From NCBI GenBank assembly GCA_963798485.1, contig CAWCTR010000030.1:96001-160000 (forward strand): a stretch of 64,000 bases of DNA, given 5' to 3'. Under the pieces are notes generated by a model that was not told where the DNA came from, ran no database searches, and was given only the letters and a program-made list of their open reading frames with translations. A program made the translations under genes and the position numbers. The stretch is from an uncultured delta proteobacterium (GTDB lineage: Bacteria > Desulfobacterota > Desulfomonilia > UBA1062). This document shows positions 11,696 through 21,636 of this stretch, one piece after another. How positions within the stretch are numbered: position 1 is the first letter of the stretch; every line of letters begins with the position of its first letter.

Positions 11696-14386
11696 ATGGA
11701 TGGTACTGTGTTGACATTGAATGGAAAGCAGGTTGAATTCAAACAGGGACAGACGATCCTCGACGTTGCTACTGACAATGGTATTAAAATTCCAACGCTG
11801 TGCTATCTGAAGGGCTGTACGCCCACCGGTGCGTGCCGGGTGTGCCTGGTGGAGGTCGCAGGGGCCAGGTCACTGGTGGCCTCGTGTTCCACCCCGGCCG
11901 AGAAGGGCATGCTTATTGAGACCGACTCACAGCGTGTTCATCACTCGCGCAAGCTCAACATCGAGTTCCTGCTGGCAAGCGGCAAGCACAACTGCCTCAC
12001 CTGCGAGAGCTCGGGTGACTGCACCCTCCAGGAAATGGCATATCGTTATGGCATCGAGACGCTCCGATTCGAGAGCACTCCCCAGCCTTATGAAACAGAA
12101 GATGTGAACCCCTTCATCATCCGTGACTTCAAGAAGTGCATCCTGTGCGGACGCTGTGTGCAGGCCTGCCAGGACGTCCAGGTAAACCAGGCCATCTCGT
12201 TCGGCAACCGCGGGCCTCATGCCAAGATCATTGCAGGCACGGACACGCGCTATGACCTGAGCGACTGCGTGTTCTGCGGGCAGTGCGTGCAGGCATGCCC
12301 GGTGGGCGCCCTCATCGAGAAGAAGTCGAAGTTTCTTGGCCGCATCTGGGATGTGCGAAAGGTCCGCACCACCTGTCCCTACTGCGGGGTAGGGTGCCAG
12401 CAGTTGTTGCATGTTAAAGCCGGGAAGATCGTCAAGGTCACGGCCCCGGACGACGCTTTGCCCAACAAGGGCAGGCTCTGTGTCAAGGGCCGGTTCGGGT
12501 ATGACTTCATCTACTCTGAAGACCGCCTCAAAACGCCGCTCATCAAGGAGAACGGAACGTTTAGGGATGCGTCATGGGACGAGGCCCTCAACTTGGTAGT
12601 TAGGAAATTTAAAGAGATCAAGGAAAAGCACGGTCCTGACGCCATAGCCGGCGTCAGCTGCGCCAGGAGCCTGAACGAAGACTCCTACCAGATGCAGAAG
12701 CTCTTCCGCGCAGTGATCGGCACCAACAACATCGATCACTGCGCGCGAACGTGACACGCCCCCACGGTCGCCGGTCTGGCGATCGCATTCGGTTCAGGCG
12801 CAATGACGAACTCCTTCGGCGAGTTCGAGAACGCCAAGATGTTCCTGGTCATCGGGTCCAACATGACCGAGGCCCATCCCGTGGCAGCCACCTTCCTCAA
12901 GAACGCGGTCATGAAGGGGGCCGAGCTCATCTTGGTGGACCCGAGAAAGCATAAACTCGCTGATTTCGCCGGCATGCATGTCCCCATAAAAGTGGGCAGC
13001 GATATCGCCTTCCTGAACGGTCTCATGTACGTCCTCATCACCGAGGACCTCTATGACAAGGAATTTGTAGAGGCACGCTGCAAGGGGTTTGACGAGCTTA
13101 AGGCCATGGTCATGAACTACCCGCCGGAAAAGGCCGCCGAAATAGCAGGGGTGAGCGCCGACATGATCCGGCTGGCGGCCCGGAGACTGGCATCGGTGAA
13201 GCCGGTCATGTGCTGCTACACACTGGGTATCACCGAGCATACCTGTGGAAGAAATAATGTTCTCTCAGTTGCCAACCTCCAGATGCTGCTGGGAAACCTG
13301 GGCATGGAGGGCGGCGGTGTGAACCCTCTGAGAGGACAGAACAACGTGCAGGGCGCCTGTGACATGGGGGCCTTGCCCAATGTGTTCCCCGGCTATCAGC
13401 AGGTAGGCAACGCGGAAGCCCGGGCCAAGTTCGAAAAGGCCTGGGGCGTCACCGGCCTGCCCGACAAGCCGGGCCTTATGATCCCCCAGATGATGGATGG
13501 CCTCAAGGATGGCAAGATCAAGGGCTTATGGATCTTCGGCGAAAACCTGGCGAATACCGAACCGGATATCGCCAAGGTCGAACATGAGCTCGCCTCTGCC
13601 GAGTTTCTCGTGTGCAACGACATCTTCCCCACCGAGACCACCCGGTTCGCCCACGTCGTGTTCCCGGCAGCGGCCTGGAGCGAGGACGACGGCACCTTCA
13701 CCAGCTCTGAGCGCCGTATCAGCAGGGTGCGCAAGGTGAGCGAGCCCCCGGGAGAGGCCAGGCCGAACTGGTGGATCTTCAAGGAGATCGCAAAGAGGAT
13801 GGGTCATGAGTGGCAATCGAACAGCGGCCCCGAGCTCTGGGACAACGAGGTCTCGGTCCTGGCACCCGCCTTTGGCGGGGTGAAATATCGCCGCATCGAG
13901 AACGACGGCCTCCAGTGGCCGTGCCCCAACGAGGAGCACCCCGGAACTGCAGTTCTCCATAGGGGAGGTGTGTTCGCGAGCGGCCTGGGCCAGCTTACGC
14001 CCGTGGAATGGACCCCGCCCGCCGAGGTAGCGGACAGCGAGTATCCCTTTGTGTTGTCCACGGGCCGCAGGCTCTACCACTACCATACCCGTACCCAGAC
14101 CGGCCGCACCGGCCTGGACTGGTTGCTGGGCGAGGAGACCGCGGACATATCTCTTGAAGACGCCCGGAACCTGGGCATCAGCCATGGCGAGACGATTCGG
14201 GTACGGTCCCGCAGGGGAGAGGTCAAAGTGAAGGCCAAGGTCACCAAGCAGGTACCCAGGGGCATGGTCTGGATGTCCTTCCACTTCAGGGACGGCAATG
14301 CCAACTGGCTTACCAACCCGGCCTTTGACCCGAACACGCTGACCGCCGAGTACAAGGCCTGCGCAGTGGCCATCGAGAAGATCTGA
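11696..14386 (+). CDS. fdhF: Formate dehydrogenase alpha subunit, selenocysteine-containing, with N-terminal [2Fe-2S]/[4Fe-4S] module
   Basis: ORFs 11693-12754 and 12803-14386 are in one frame joined by TGA 12752-12754, reading NIDHCART-U-HAPTVAGL..FGSGAMTN. Fe-S motifs GACRVC, CILCGRCVQAC, CVFCGQCVQACP, CPYCGVGC; RGQNNVQG. Confidence 0.95.
12766..12784 (+). promoter_or_regulatory. Bacterial SECIS hairpin
   Basis: GGTCGCC-GGTCT-GGCGATC stem-loop begins 11 nt after the in-frame UGA, matching fdhF-type SECIS spacing and loop. Confidence 0.8.
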
Positions 14387-14517
14387 TGCCTGAAGCGTTG
14401 GGGATGATCTTCCCCAACGCCATTCTCTTAGAGGAAATCCTCGAAAATAGTGGTATAAGGAAACCGTTGCGATTATAAATTCCCTGTGAACTCATAACGA
14501 TTACATGCGGCAGATAA

Positions 14518-14535
14518 TATGTTAAATTTAACATA
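14518..14535. promoter_or_regulatory. Perfect 18-bp palindrome upstream of modA, candidate operator
   Basis: TATGTTAAATTTAACATA equals its reverse complement and ends 20 nt before the modA start. Confidence 0.55.
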
Positions 14536-14555
14536 AATCAAATAAGAGGACATTC

Positions 14556-15302
14556 ATGATGAAGATCCGGTCAATCATCTTTGTATTCTGCATTATTATT
14601 ACTTTTGCATTTACCGCCTCAGCCCAGGACAAGATAACGGTCGCGGTTGCAGCGAATTTTATCGAGCCGTTCAAGGAGATAGCCGTACTATTCGAGACGA
14701 ATACCCATATTCAGGCTGAGCCGACATTCTCTTCAACCGGCAAGCTCTTTGCGCAGATCAGTGAGGGTGCACCTTATGATGTATTCCTCTCTGCGGATGA
14801 AAAACGCCCCGGTGAGCTTTTCCAGAAGGGGCTCTCCGGGAAGCCCTTTGTTTATGCAAAGGGTGAGGTCGTGCTGTGGACCGCACGGAAAGACCTTTGT
14901 GATGCAGGTGATTGGAAAGTTATACTCGTGAGATCCGATGTAAAAAAGATCGCAATAGCGAACACCGAGACAGCGCCCTATGGTACTGCATCCATGAAGG
15001 CCTTGAAGGATGCCGGTTTGTGGGACAGCCTGCAGGGGAAATTCGTCTTTCCCCAGGACATTGCCCAGGCCTTTCAGTATGCCTCTACCGGAAGTGTGGA
15101 TGCCGGGTTCTGCGCCCTTTCCTCGGCCCTTTCGCAGCAGGGCAAGGCTGGGTGTTACCTCGTGGTGAAGGAAGCGCCTGTTGTTGTTCAGGCCGCATGC
15201 GTGCTGGGCAGGACAGGACAGAAAGCGGCTGCCGAGAAGTTTGCTGCATTCCTCCTCTCTGCTGAGGCGGACCATGTGAAAAAGAAATACGGGTACAAGT
15301 AG
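14556..15302 (+). CDS. modA: Molybdate ABC transporter substrate-binding protein
   Basis: Signal peptide, VAVAAN, SSTGKL.AQI..GAPYDVFLSAD, IAN...APYG. Confidence 0.93.
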   Translation: MMKIRSIIFVFCIIITFAFTASAQDKITVAVAANFIEPFKEIAVLFETNTHIQAEPTFSSTGKLFAQISEGAPYDVFLSADEKRPGELFQKGLSGKPFVYAKGEVVLWTARKDLCDAGDWKVILVRSDVKKIAIANTETAPYGTASMKALKDAGLWDSLQGKFVFPQDIAQAFQYASTGSVDAGFCALSSALSQQGKAGCYLVVKEAPVVVQAACVLGRTGQKAAAEKFAAFLLSAEADHVKKKYGYK

Positions 15303-15304
15303 GA

Positions 15305-15970
15305 ATGGACCTCGTCGCATTATATCTCTCCATCAAACTTGCCGTGGTGAGCACGATCGTGTTGATCATCATCGCGGCCCCACTGTCTTACGCCCTTGTG
15401 TACTCACGAATTCCCGGAAAGACCCTTCTCGATGCGCTCATCAACCTTCCCATCGTGCTCCCGCCCACAGTGCTTGGTTTCTACCTTCTCATAGTCATGA
15501 GCCCGAAAGGCAGCATGGGCCATGTCTGGGAGTCGGTCTTCGGGTTTTCACTCCTGTTCACGTTCACCGGGATCGTCATTGCATCGATCATCTACAGCCT
15601 GCCCTTTGCCGTTGCACCCATGAAAGCGGCCTTCGCCAGGATTGAGCCACGCCTTGTGGAAAACGCACAGGTGCTCGGGCTTTCCCCTGCCATGATCTTC
15701 TTCAGGGTGATCCTCCCAAACTCTTTGGCCGGGATTGCAGCCTCAGCCATCCTTGTCTTTTTGCATACCATAGGCGAGTTCGGGGTGATCCTCATGGTGG
15801 GAGGCAGCATCCCGGGCAAGACCAAGGTTGCATCCATCGCCATCTATGAGGCCGTAGAGGCATTGCGGTATCAGGATGCCTGGTTGATGTCCATCATGCT
15901 TGTCCCTGTGTGTTTTGTGTTTCTACTCCTGGTGAACCGGCTCACACCCGAGGTGCATCATGGGGCTTGA
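15305..15970 (+). CDS. modB: Molybdate ABC transporter permease
   Basis: LPIVLPPTVLGFYLL, YSLPFAV, HTIGEFGVILMVGGSIPGKT. Confidence 0.93.
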   Translation: MDLVALYLSIKLAVVSTIVLIIIAAPLSYALVYSRIPGKTLLDALINLPIVLPPTVLGFYLLIVMSPKGSMGHVWESVFGFSLLFTFTGIVIASIIYSLPFAVAPMKAAFARIEPRLVENAQVLGLSPAMIFFRVILPNSLAGIAASAILVFLHTIGEFGVILMVGGSIPGKTKVASIAIYEAVEALRYQDAWLMSIMLVPVCFVFLLLVNRLTPEVHHGA

Positions 15971-16712
15971 TGTACGGATAAAAAAGAGGCTCAAGGACTT
16001 TGAGCTCAACGTAGCGTTCTCCTGCATGGACGGGCGGCTGCTCGCCATAGTAGGCCCCTCGGGCGCAGGCAAAACCACCATCATACGCATGCTGGCCGGT
16101 CTCCAGAAACCGGACCAGGGCCTCATCACCTGTAAAGAAGAGATATGGGCCAGCACGAGAGACAAGATCCATGTGCCTGCCAGGAAGAGGGGGATCGGGT
16201 ATGTATTTCAGGAATTCACCCTGTTTCCTCATATGAATGTCTATAAGAACGTGGCCTTTGCGACAAAGGACTCTAAGGCCGTGGAAGAGTTCATGCGGCT
16301 TTTCGATATCTGGCACATCAGGGACAGCAAGCCGCACAAGATCTCAGGAGGGGAACGCCAGCGATGCGCCATATGCCAGGCCCTGGCCCGTTCACCAAGG
16401 GTATTGCTTTTGGATGAGCCGTTTTCAGCCCTTGATGCGCTGACCCGAAGGAAACTCCGTGAAATGGTGAAGGACTTGAAGCACGAGTTGAACATCCCCA
16501 TCATTCATGTGACCCATGACATAAGGGAGGCACTCTTCCTGGCAGATGACATCCTGCCTGTGGTACAGGGCAGGGTGGAAGGCAAATGGCTGCTGCAGTT
16601 CATGCTCATGTCCAGAGAGGTCGGCCGGTGTCTTGCCTATGACAACAGTGCCGGAAAGAATGAAGAAGAGGAAATCGAACTATCCATTGCTACGAAGGAG
16701 TCCATGCGATGA
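15960..16712 (+). CDS. modC: Molybdate ABC transporter ATPase (short, no obvious TOBE domain)
   Basis: GPSGAGKT, ISGGERQR, LLLDEPFSALD, HVTHD. Confidence 0.88.
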   Translation: MGLDVRIKKRLKDFELNVAFSCMDGRLLAIVGPSGAGKTTIIRMLAGLQKPDQGLITCKEEIWASTRDKIHVPARKRGIGYVFQEFTLFPHMNVYKNVAFATKDSKAVEEFMRLFDIWHIRDSKPHKISGGERQRCAICQALARSPRVLLLDEPFSALDALTRRKLREMVKDLKHELNIPIIHVTHDIREALFLADDILPVVQGRVEGKWLLQFMLMSREVGRCLAYDNSAGKNEEEEIELSIATKESMR

Positions 16713-17350
16713 ATATCGGACCGTATTCCATTGAAGACTACATGCACCTGGTCAAATCATTTCACGGCAACATTGCGCCCGGTCTCATCATCGGCGGGTT
16801 CATGGTGGACCTTGCCATGAAAAATCTCCCGGATGGGGTCCTGTTCGATGCCATCAGCGAGACCCAGACCTGCCTTCCGGATGCCATCCAGCTGCTGACG
16901 CCCTGTACTATCGGAAACGGCTGGCTCAAGGTCATGGACTTCGGCCGTTATGCCCTGTGCCTTTTTGACAAGTATCAAGGCAATGGAGTCAGGGTGTTTC
17001 TTGACCCTGAAAAGCTGGAGAATTGGCAGGAGATCAAGACCTGGTTCTTCAAGCTCAAGCCCAAAAAGGATCAGGACCCGATCATCCTCAGGGACCGGAT
17101 CATCGATGCAGGCCCGGACATCCTCACTGTTCAACATGTCACGGTGGACAATGCTTTTCTCGGCAAGAAGGGCAAGGGCGCTATCGCCGCATGCCCCTCG
17201 TGTGGAGAGGCATACCCTTCAAAAGACGGTGCTGTCTGCCTTGCCTGCCAGGGGGGAAGCCCATATACACGCGAATCCCAGGGCGAGACACATGGGACCA
17301 AACCTGACCTCAAGGTAATACCATCTACCTCTGGTTCGACAAAGGGGTGA
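16709..17350 (+). CDS. FmdE/FwdE-family protein with C-terminal zinc finger
   Basis: FHGNIAPGL, ETQTCLPDAIQLLTPCTIGN, CPSCGE...CLAC; ATGA overlap with modC. Confidence 0.8.
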   Translation: MNIGPYSIEDYMHLVKSFHGNIAPGLIIGGFMVDLAMKNLPDGVLFDAISETQTCLPDAIQLLTPCTIGNGWLKVMDFGRYALCLFDKYQGNGVRVFLDPEKLENWQEIKTWFFKLKPKKDQDPIILRDRIIDAGPDILTVQHVTVDNAFLGKKGKGAIAACPSCGEAYPSKDGAVCLACQGGSPYTRESQGETHGTKPDLKVIPSTSGSTKG

Positions 17351-17473
17351 ACCATCACAGGGTACTGATCATTCGTGGGGGGCATGCGGTTCGCCTAACT
17401 GAAAAAAATACTAGTCATGGGATGACCTATGAGGTTATACTAGTCTCAGATCACATGTCATCAGAGAGGGGCC

Positions 17474-17884
17474 ATGACGGAGCCGGTGAGAGTCGTAGCG
17501 CATTTTATCGATGACATAGTCGTGAAGGGTTACACCTCTGATTTCAACCCCAGCCACCCGTTTTTCCATATCCATCAGGCGATTCCGGGATCGCAGCCTG
17601 ATGGACCCCTTCGGATGGAACTCAAAGAGATCAAGGCGGTTTTCTTTGTGAAGACCCTTGAAGGGAACAGGGAATACCAGGAGAGAAAGGAGTTCATAGA
17701 AGGTGATCGGATTCTGGGCCGGATGGTGGAGGTTACCTTCATCGATGGTGAGACGATCAGGGGATATACGGTTGATTATAATCCCAAGCAGCAGGGGTAT
17801 TTTTTAATACCGGTAGACCCTAACAGCAATAATATCCAGATCTTCGTGGTCTCATATGCGGTCAGCGGCATCCGTTTCCTGTAA
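17474..17884 (+). CDS. Hypothetical protein with an internal duplication (DUF6982-like)
   Basis: Two similar halves: VVAHFIDDIVVKGYTSDFNP and VEVTFIDGETIRGYTVDYNP. Confidence 0.65.
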   Translation: MTEPVRVVAHFIDDIVVKGYTSDFNPSHPFFHIHQAIPGSQPDGPLRMELKEIKAVFFVKTLEGNREYQERKEFIEGDRILGRMVEVTFIDGETIRGYTVDYNPKQQGYFLIPVDPNSNNIQIFVVSYAVSGIRFL

Positions 17885-17922
17885 ATGAATGGTAACCTGG
17901 CTGGCCTCATGCGCTAAGGGAC

Positions 17923-18525
17923 ATGGCTATGCCGGCATTCTTCGACTCTACGATGTACACCTGGTTGATACTGCCCACTCTCATCTTTTTTGCCCGCATC
18001 ATGGACGTAAGCCTTGATACGGTCCGCATTATTTTCATCAACAGGCATCTCAAACACTATGCCACCATCATCGGCTTTTTTGAGGTGTTGATCTGGCTCA
18101 TGGCCATCCGCCAGATCTTCGAACACCTGAGTAACCCTTTCTGTATGATCGCCTATGCCGCCGGTTTTGCCACAGGTAACTACGTAGGCATTCTCATTGA
18201 GAACAGGCTGTCCATCGGAAAGGTGATCATCCGCATCATCACCAGGATGGAGGCCGACGAATTCATTACCTTCCTCAGGTCTGCAGGGTATGGGCTCACC
18301 ATCATCGATGCCGAGGGAGTGACAGGGCCGGTGAAGGTCATTATGTCCATTGTGGAGCGCAGCAACATCGAGCACATTGTTGAAATGATCAAACAGCACA
18401 ACCCCCAGGCCTTCTATTCGGTGGAGGACGTGCGTTTTGTCAGCGAGGCCGTTACGCCCTACCGTCTCCCCGGCCCGCGCAGGTGGGAGCGTTTTGTCTC
18501 CCGGATGCGCAAGCGAGAGGAATAA
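17923..18525 (+). CDS. DUF2179/DUF5698 (UPF0316-like) membrane protein
   Basis: IFFARIMDVSLDTVRII, GFFEVLIW, YAAGFATGNYVG, GYGLTIIDAEG, NPQAFY. Confidence 0.8.
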   Translation: MAMPAFFDSTMYTWLILPTLIFFARIMDVSLDTVRIIFINRHLKHYATIIGFFEVLIWLMAIRQIFEHLSNPFCMIAYAAGFATGNYVGILIENRLSIGKVIIRIITRMEADEFITFLRSAGYGLTIIDAEGVTGPVKVIMSIVERSNIEHIVEMIKQHNPQAFYSVEDVRFVSEAVTPYRLPGPRRWERFVSRMRKREE

Positions 18526-18587
18526 GGGTTCATCTTAAGTATGGTAAAGAATGGCACTGAACTTGGATACATTGGGGAGGGAACTGA

Positions 18588-19541
18588 TTGAGGACCACAT
18601 CACTTCCAGGGCAAGCAGGAATTTCGAGGCTGAACCTTTTCCTGGCACTTTCCCGTACGCCCCATTTGTTATTGGATCTGGCAGCCCCTGGTTTGGCGGC
18701 ATTGCTTTGTTTGGGTGCCTTTCCCTCTGCCAGGGTGCTTGTCCTTGGGCTGATCACCGCCTTCTCTGGTTATACGGCCGTGTATGCCCTGAACGATATC
18801 ATTGATTACCGCTTTGATAAGGAACTCATTGGCTCAAGCACAGCCCATGAATCGAAACCGGACCTGGACAGCGTACTAGTACGCCATCCCATTGCGCAGG
18901 GGATGTTGAGTTACAAGGAAGCCTTGTTTTGGACCTCTGCCTGGGCGGTCCCGGCGCTGGCAGGGGCCTTTCTCCTCAACCCCATATGCCTTGCCATTTT
19001 CCTCGGTGCCGCTGTGTTTGAAGTCATCTACTGTTGTCTCCTGAAGATCACCCACCTCCGCAGTATCATCAGCGGAATAGTCAAAACCTCAGGGCCCATC
19101 GCAGCGGTTTTCGCGGTAAACCCACAACCTACCATGCCATTCTTGATGACACTCTTTCTCTGGCTCTTCTTCTGGGAGATCGGGGGGCAGAATGTCCCGA
19201 ACGATCTGTCCGATCTGGATACCGATCAGCAGATAAGGGCCCGGACAATCCCTGTGCGCTTCGGTGCACAGAGGTCTATCCTGATCATATGCTTCTCACT
19301 GGTCATTGCCGTTGCCATGAGTATGGCCATGTTCTGGGTAGTGCCAAACCATATAAGACCTCTCTATCTCTTGGGTGCGATATTTTCAGGATTGTATTTT
19401 CTCCTGTTACCTGCTTACCATCTGGTTAAGACCAGGGGGGCAGAGGAGGCCTCCCGGCTGTTTAACCGGTGCAGTTACTATCCTTTGTCCATGCTCATGA
19501 TAACAGTGTTGAGCTTGGCGGCTATTCGAATAATTGTATAA
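18588..19541 (+). CDS. UbiA-family membrane prenyltransferase
   Basis: Asp-rich motifs YALNDIIDYRFD and NVPNDLSDLDTD, RHPIAQG, TIPVRFG; multiple TM helices. Confidence 0.9.
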   Translation: MRTTSLPGQAGISRLNLFLALSRTPHLLLDLAAPGLAALLCLGAFPSARVLVLGLITAFSGYTAVYALNDIIDYRFDKELIGSSTAHESKPDLDSVLVRHPIAQGMLSYKEALFWTSAWAVPALAGAFLLNPICLAIFLGAAVFEVIYCCLLKITHLRSIISGIVKTSGPIAAVFAVNPQPTMPFLMTLFLWLFFWEIGGQNVPNDLSDLDTDQQIRARTIPVRFGAQRSILIICFSLVIAVAMSMAMFWVVPNHIRPLYLLGAIFSGLYFLLLPAYHLVKTRGAEEASRLFNRCSYYPLSMLMITVLSLAAIRIIV

Positions 19542-19575
19542 TGGGTTAGATGGTACCCTATCAAGAAAGGACGAT

Positions 19576-20292
19576 ATGAAAGAATTCGACCCGGAATCTC
19601 TGGCAGAATTCAACGGCAAAGACGGTAAGCCCGTGTATGTGGCCCACAAGGGCAAGGTGTTCGACCTAAGCGAGAGCAGACTATGGAAGACCGGGCTCCA
19701 CATGAAGCGTCACCCCGCAGGGCAAGATCTCACCATCGATATCTGGGCGGCACCACATGGACCTGAGGTCCTGGACAAATATCCTCAAGTAGGCACCTTG
19801 AAAAAACAAGCCACTGGTGGCCAGTTGCCCAATCCATTGGAAATGATGATGGATCGGTTTCCCTTTCTGCGCCGTCATCCGCACCCCATGCTGGTGCACT
19901 TCCCCATTGTATTCATGATCGCCCCTGCGATCTTTTGCATCCTTTACCTTATCACCGATATGAAGTCTTTTGAGACCACGGCCTTTCACTGCCTGGGTGC
20001 AGGCATCCTTTTTTCCATTCCGGCCATCCTTACAGGCTTCTTCACCTGGTGGCTCAACTATCAGGCCAGATCCATGAGGCCCATCAGGATCAAGATATAC
20101 TTTTCCCTCTTCCTCTTTGCAGTCGCCCTCATTACCTTCTCCTGGCGGGCATTGTTCACGGATGTCCTCACCTCTTTGGACAAAGAGGGTATTGCATATT
20201 TTCTGCTGATCCTCTCGCTGGTCCCTCTGGTGGGGGTCATAGGCTGGTATGGCGCAAGCCTGACCTTTCCCCTTGAGAAAAAATCTCTGTGA
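19576..20292 (+). CDS. Cytochrome b5-like domain fused to a DUF2231-like membrane domain
   Basis: LAEFNGKDGKPVYVA.KGKVFD, GLHMKRHPAGQDLT, APHG; then HPHPMLVHFPI and four TM segments; RBS AAGGA before ATG 19576. Confidence 0.82.
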   Translation: MKEFDPESLAEFNGKDGKPVYVAHKGKVFDLSESRLWKTGLHMKRHPAGQDLTIDIWAAPHGPEVLDKYPQVGTLKKQATGGQLPNPLEMMMDRFPFLRRHPHPMLVHFPIVFMIAPAIFCILYLITDMKSFETTAFHCLGAGILFSIPAILTGFFTWWLNYQARSMRPIRIKIYFSLFLFAVALITFSWRALFTDVLTSLDKEGIAYFLLILSLVPLVGVIGWYGASLTFPLEKKSL

Positions 20293-20299
20293 AGTATCC

Positions 20300-20893
20300 C
20301 TATCGTTTGATTGCAAGTCCGAAGATCTCCAGCTTTTTGATCTCTACACATTTTCCAAGCTCCAGTCCGGCCATACACAAGCCTTGCTTCAAGTCCCGGC
20401 TGCAGAACCGGTTCTCGGTCGGATGGAGGAGGATATGCCTGGTGAGGATGTTCTGGTAAAGCGTCGGGTAGAGCTCTTCGAAGAAGTAGACACCGCCGGG
20501 CTTCAAAACCCTGACGATCTCTGAAAGTGCACCTTGCCAGTCAGGGATATGATGGAGGACCCCGAAGCCGAAAACTGCATCCATAATCCCGGCTTGATAG
20601 GGCAGTTGGTTCACATCGCCTACATAAAAGGAGACACCGGATCTCTTCTCTGGGGAAAGGTAGTTGAAGGCCTTCTGAATCATCCGGATATCGAGGTCCA
20701 TGGCATGCAGCATTGCGGGCTTGAACATGGTCTTGATAAGAAAGGAGCCTGCCCCCCTGCCGCATCCTATTTCCAGGACAGCAGCATCGGGCTTCTGCCC
20801 AAGGCCCTTTTTCAGCAATGCGATCTCCAGGCGCTGCTGCAGAGGCCGGATAGGGTTATTGACCGCCATGCGTTCCGCCCAGTTCAGTTTCAT
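20300..20893 (-). CDS. Class I SAM-dependent methyltransferase
   Basis: VLEIGCGRGAG, GVLHHIPDW, RVLKPGG; ATGA overlap with ubiE. Confidence 0.88.
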   Translation of the reverse strand: MKLNWAERMAVNNPIRPLQQRLEIALLKKGLGQKPDAAVLEIGCGRGAGSFLIKTMFKPAMLHAMDLDIRMIQKAFNYLSPEKRSGVSFYVGDVNQLPYQAGIMDAVFGFGVLHHIPDWQGALSEIVRVLKPGGVYFFEELYPTLYQNILTRHILLHPTENRFCSRDLKQGLCMAGLELGKCVEIKKLEIFGLAIKR

Positions 20894-21636
20894 TGTTTGA
20901 CCCCGATATAGATAACCGCAATACCATTCGTGAGCCTTCGGTAGGTCACCCGGGAAAATCCGGTATCTCTCATTTTGGCTGCGAAATCATCAGGTGCAGG
21001 GAACTTTCGTATGGACTCGGGAAGATAGAGATATGCCTCGCTGTTTCCTGCCAGGAGTTTGCCTACCAAGGGCATGATGTGAAAAGAATAGAAATCATAG
21101 AGAAACCTGAACCAGGAAGAGGTGGGTATGGAGAACTCCAGGCACATCATCTTCCCACCCGGCTTGAGGACCCGGTACATCTCTTGAAGTCCTTTGTCCA
21201 TGTCTGTCAGGTTACGAACACCAAAGCCAACCATGGCTGCATCAAAAGAACCGTCAAGGAAAGACATGGACTCCGCATCCCCCTGGACATAGTTGATTCG
21301 TTCTGTCAGCGATGCCTTTGCCACCTTTTGCGTTGCCCATTCCATCATGGCGCGGTTGATGTCATAGAGGGTCACCCGTCCATGAGGACCAACCGCCTTT
21401 GCCGCCAGTATTGAAAGATCTCCTGTCCCCCCGCATACGTCGATTACCCGGTCTCCTGGTTTTAACCCCAAGACATTTACGGATAACCGTTTCCAGAGGT
21501 GGTGGAGTCCGAGACTGAGGATGGTATTCATGAAATCATACTTATTGGCTATGCTCGTGAAGTGTCTGAGGACATATCCGGCCTTGTCCTCACGGGGAAC
21601 CGCGGGTGAACCGGAATAGGCCTTCATTTTCTTCAT
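20890..21636 (-). CDS. ubiE: UbiE/MenG-family quinone C-methyltransferase
   Basis: FTSIANKYDFMN.ILSLGLHHLWK, DVCGGTGD, GFGVRNLTD, EMYRVLKPGG...CLEFS, AYLYLPESIRKFP. Confidence 0.92.
   Translation of the reverse strand: MKKMKAYSGSPAVPREDKAGYVLRHFTSIANKYDFMNTILSLGLHHLWKRLSVNVLGLKPGDRVIDVCGGTGDLSILAAKAVGPHGRVTLYDINRAMMEWATQKVAKASLTERINYVQGDAESMSFLDGSFDAAMVGFGVRNLTDMDKGLQEMYRVLKPGGKMMCLEFSIPTSSWFRFLYDFYSFHIMPLVGKLLAGNSEAYLYLPESIRKFPAPDDFAAKMRDTGFSRVTYRRLTNGIAVIYIGVKQ

Noticed and set aside
12752-12802. FDH as two genes or a nonsense pseudogene
   Set aside because: The TGA is in frame at the Sec/Cys ligand position and is followed by a SECIS-like hairpin.
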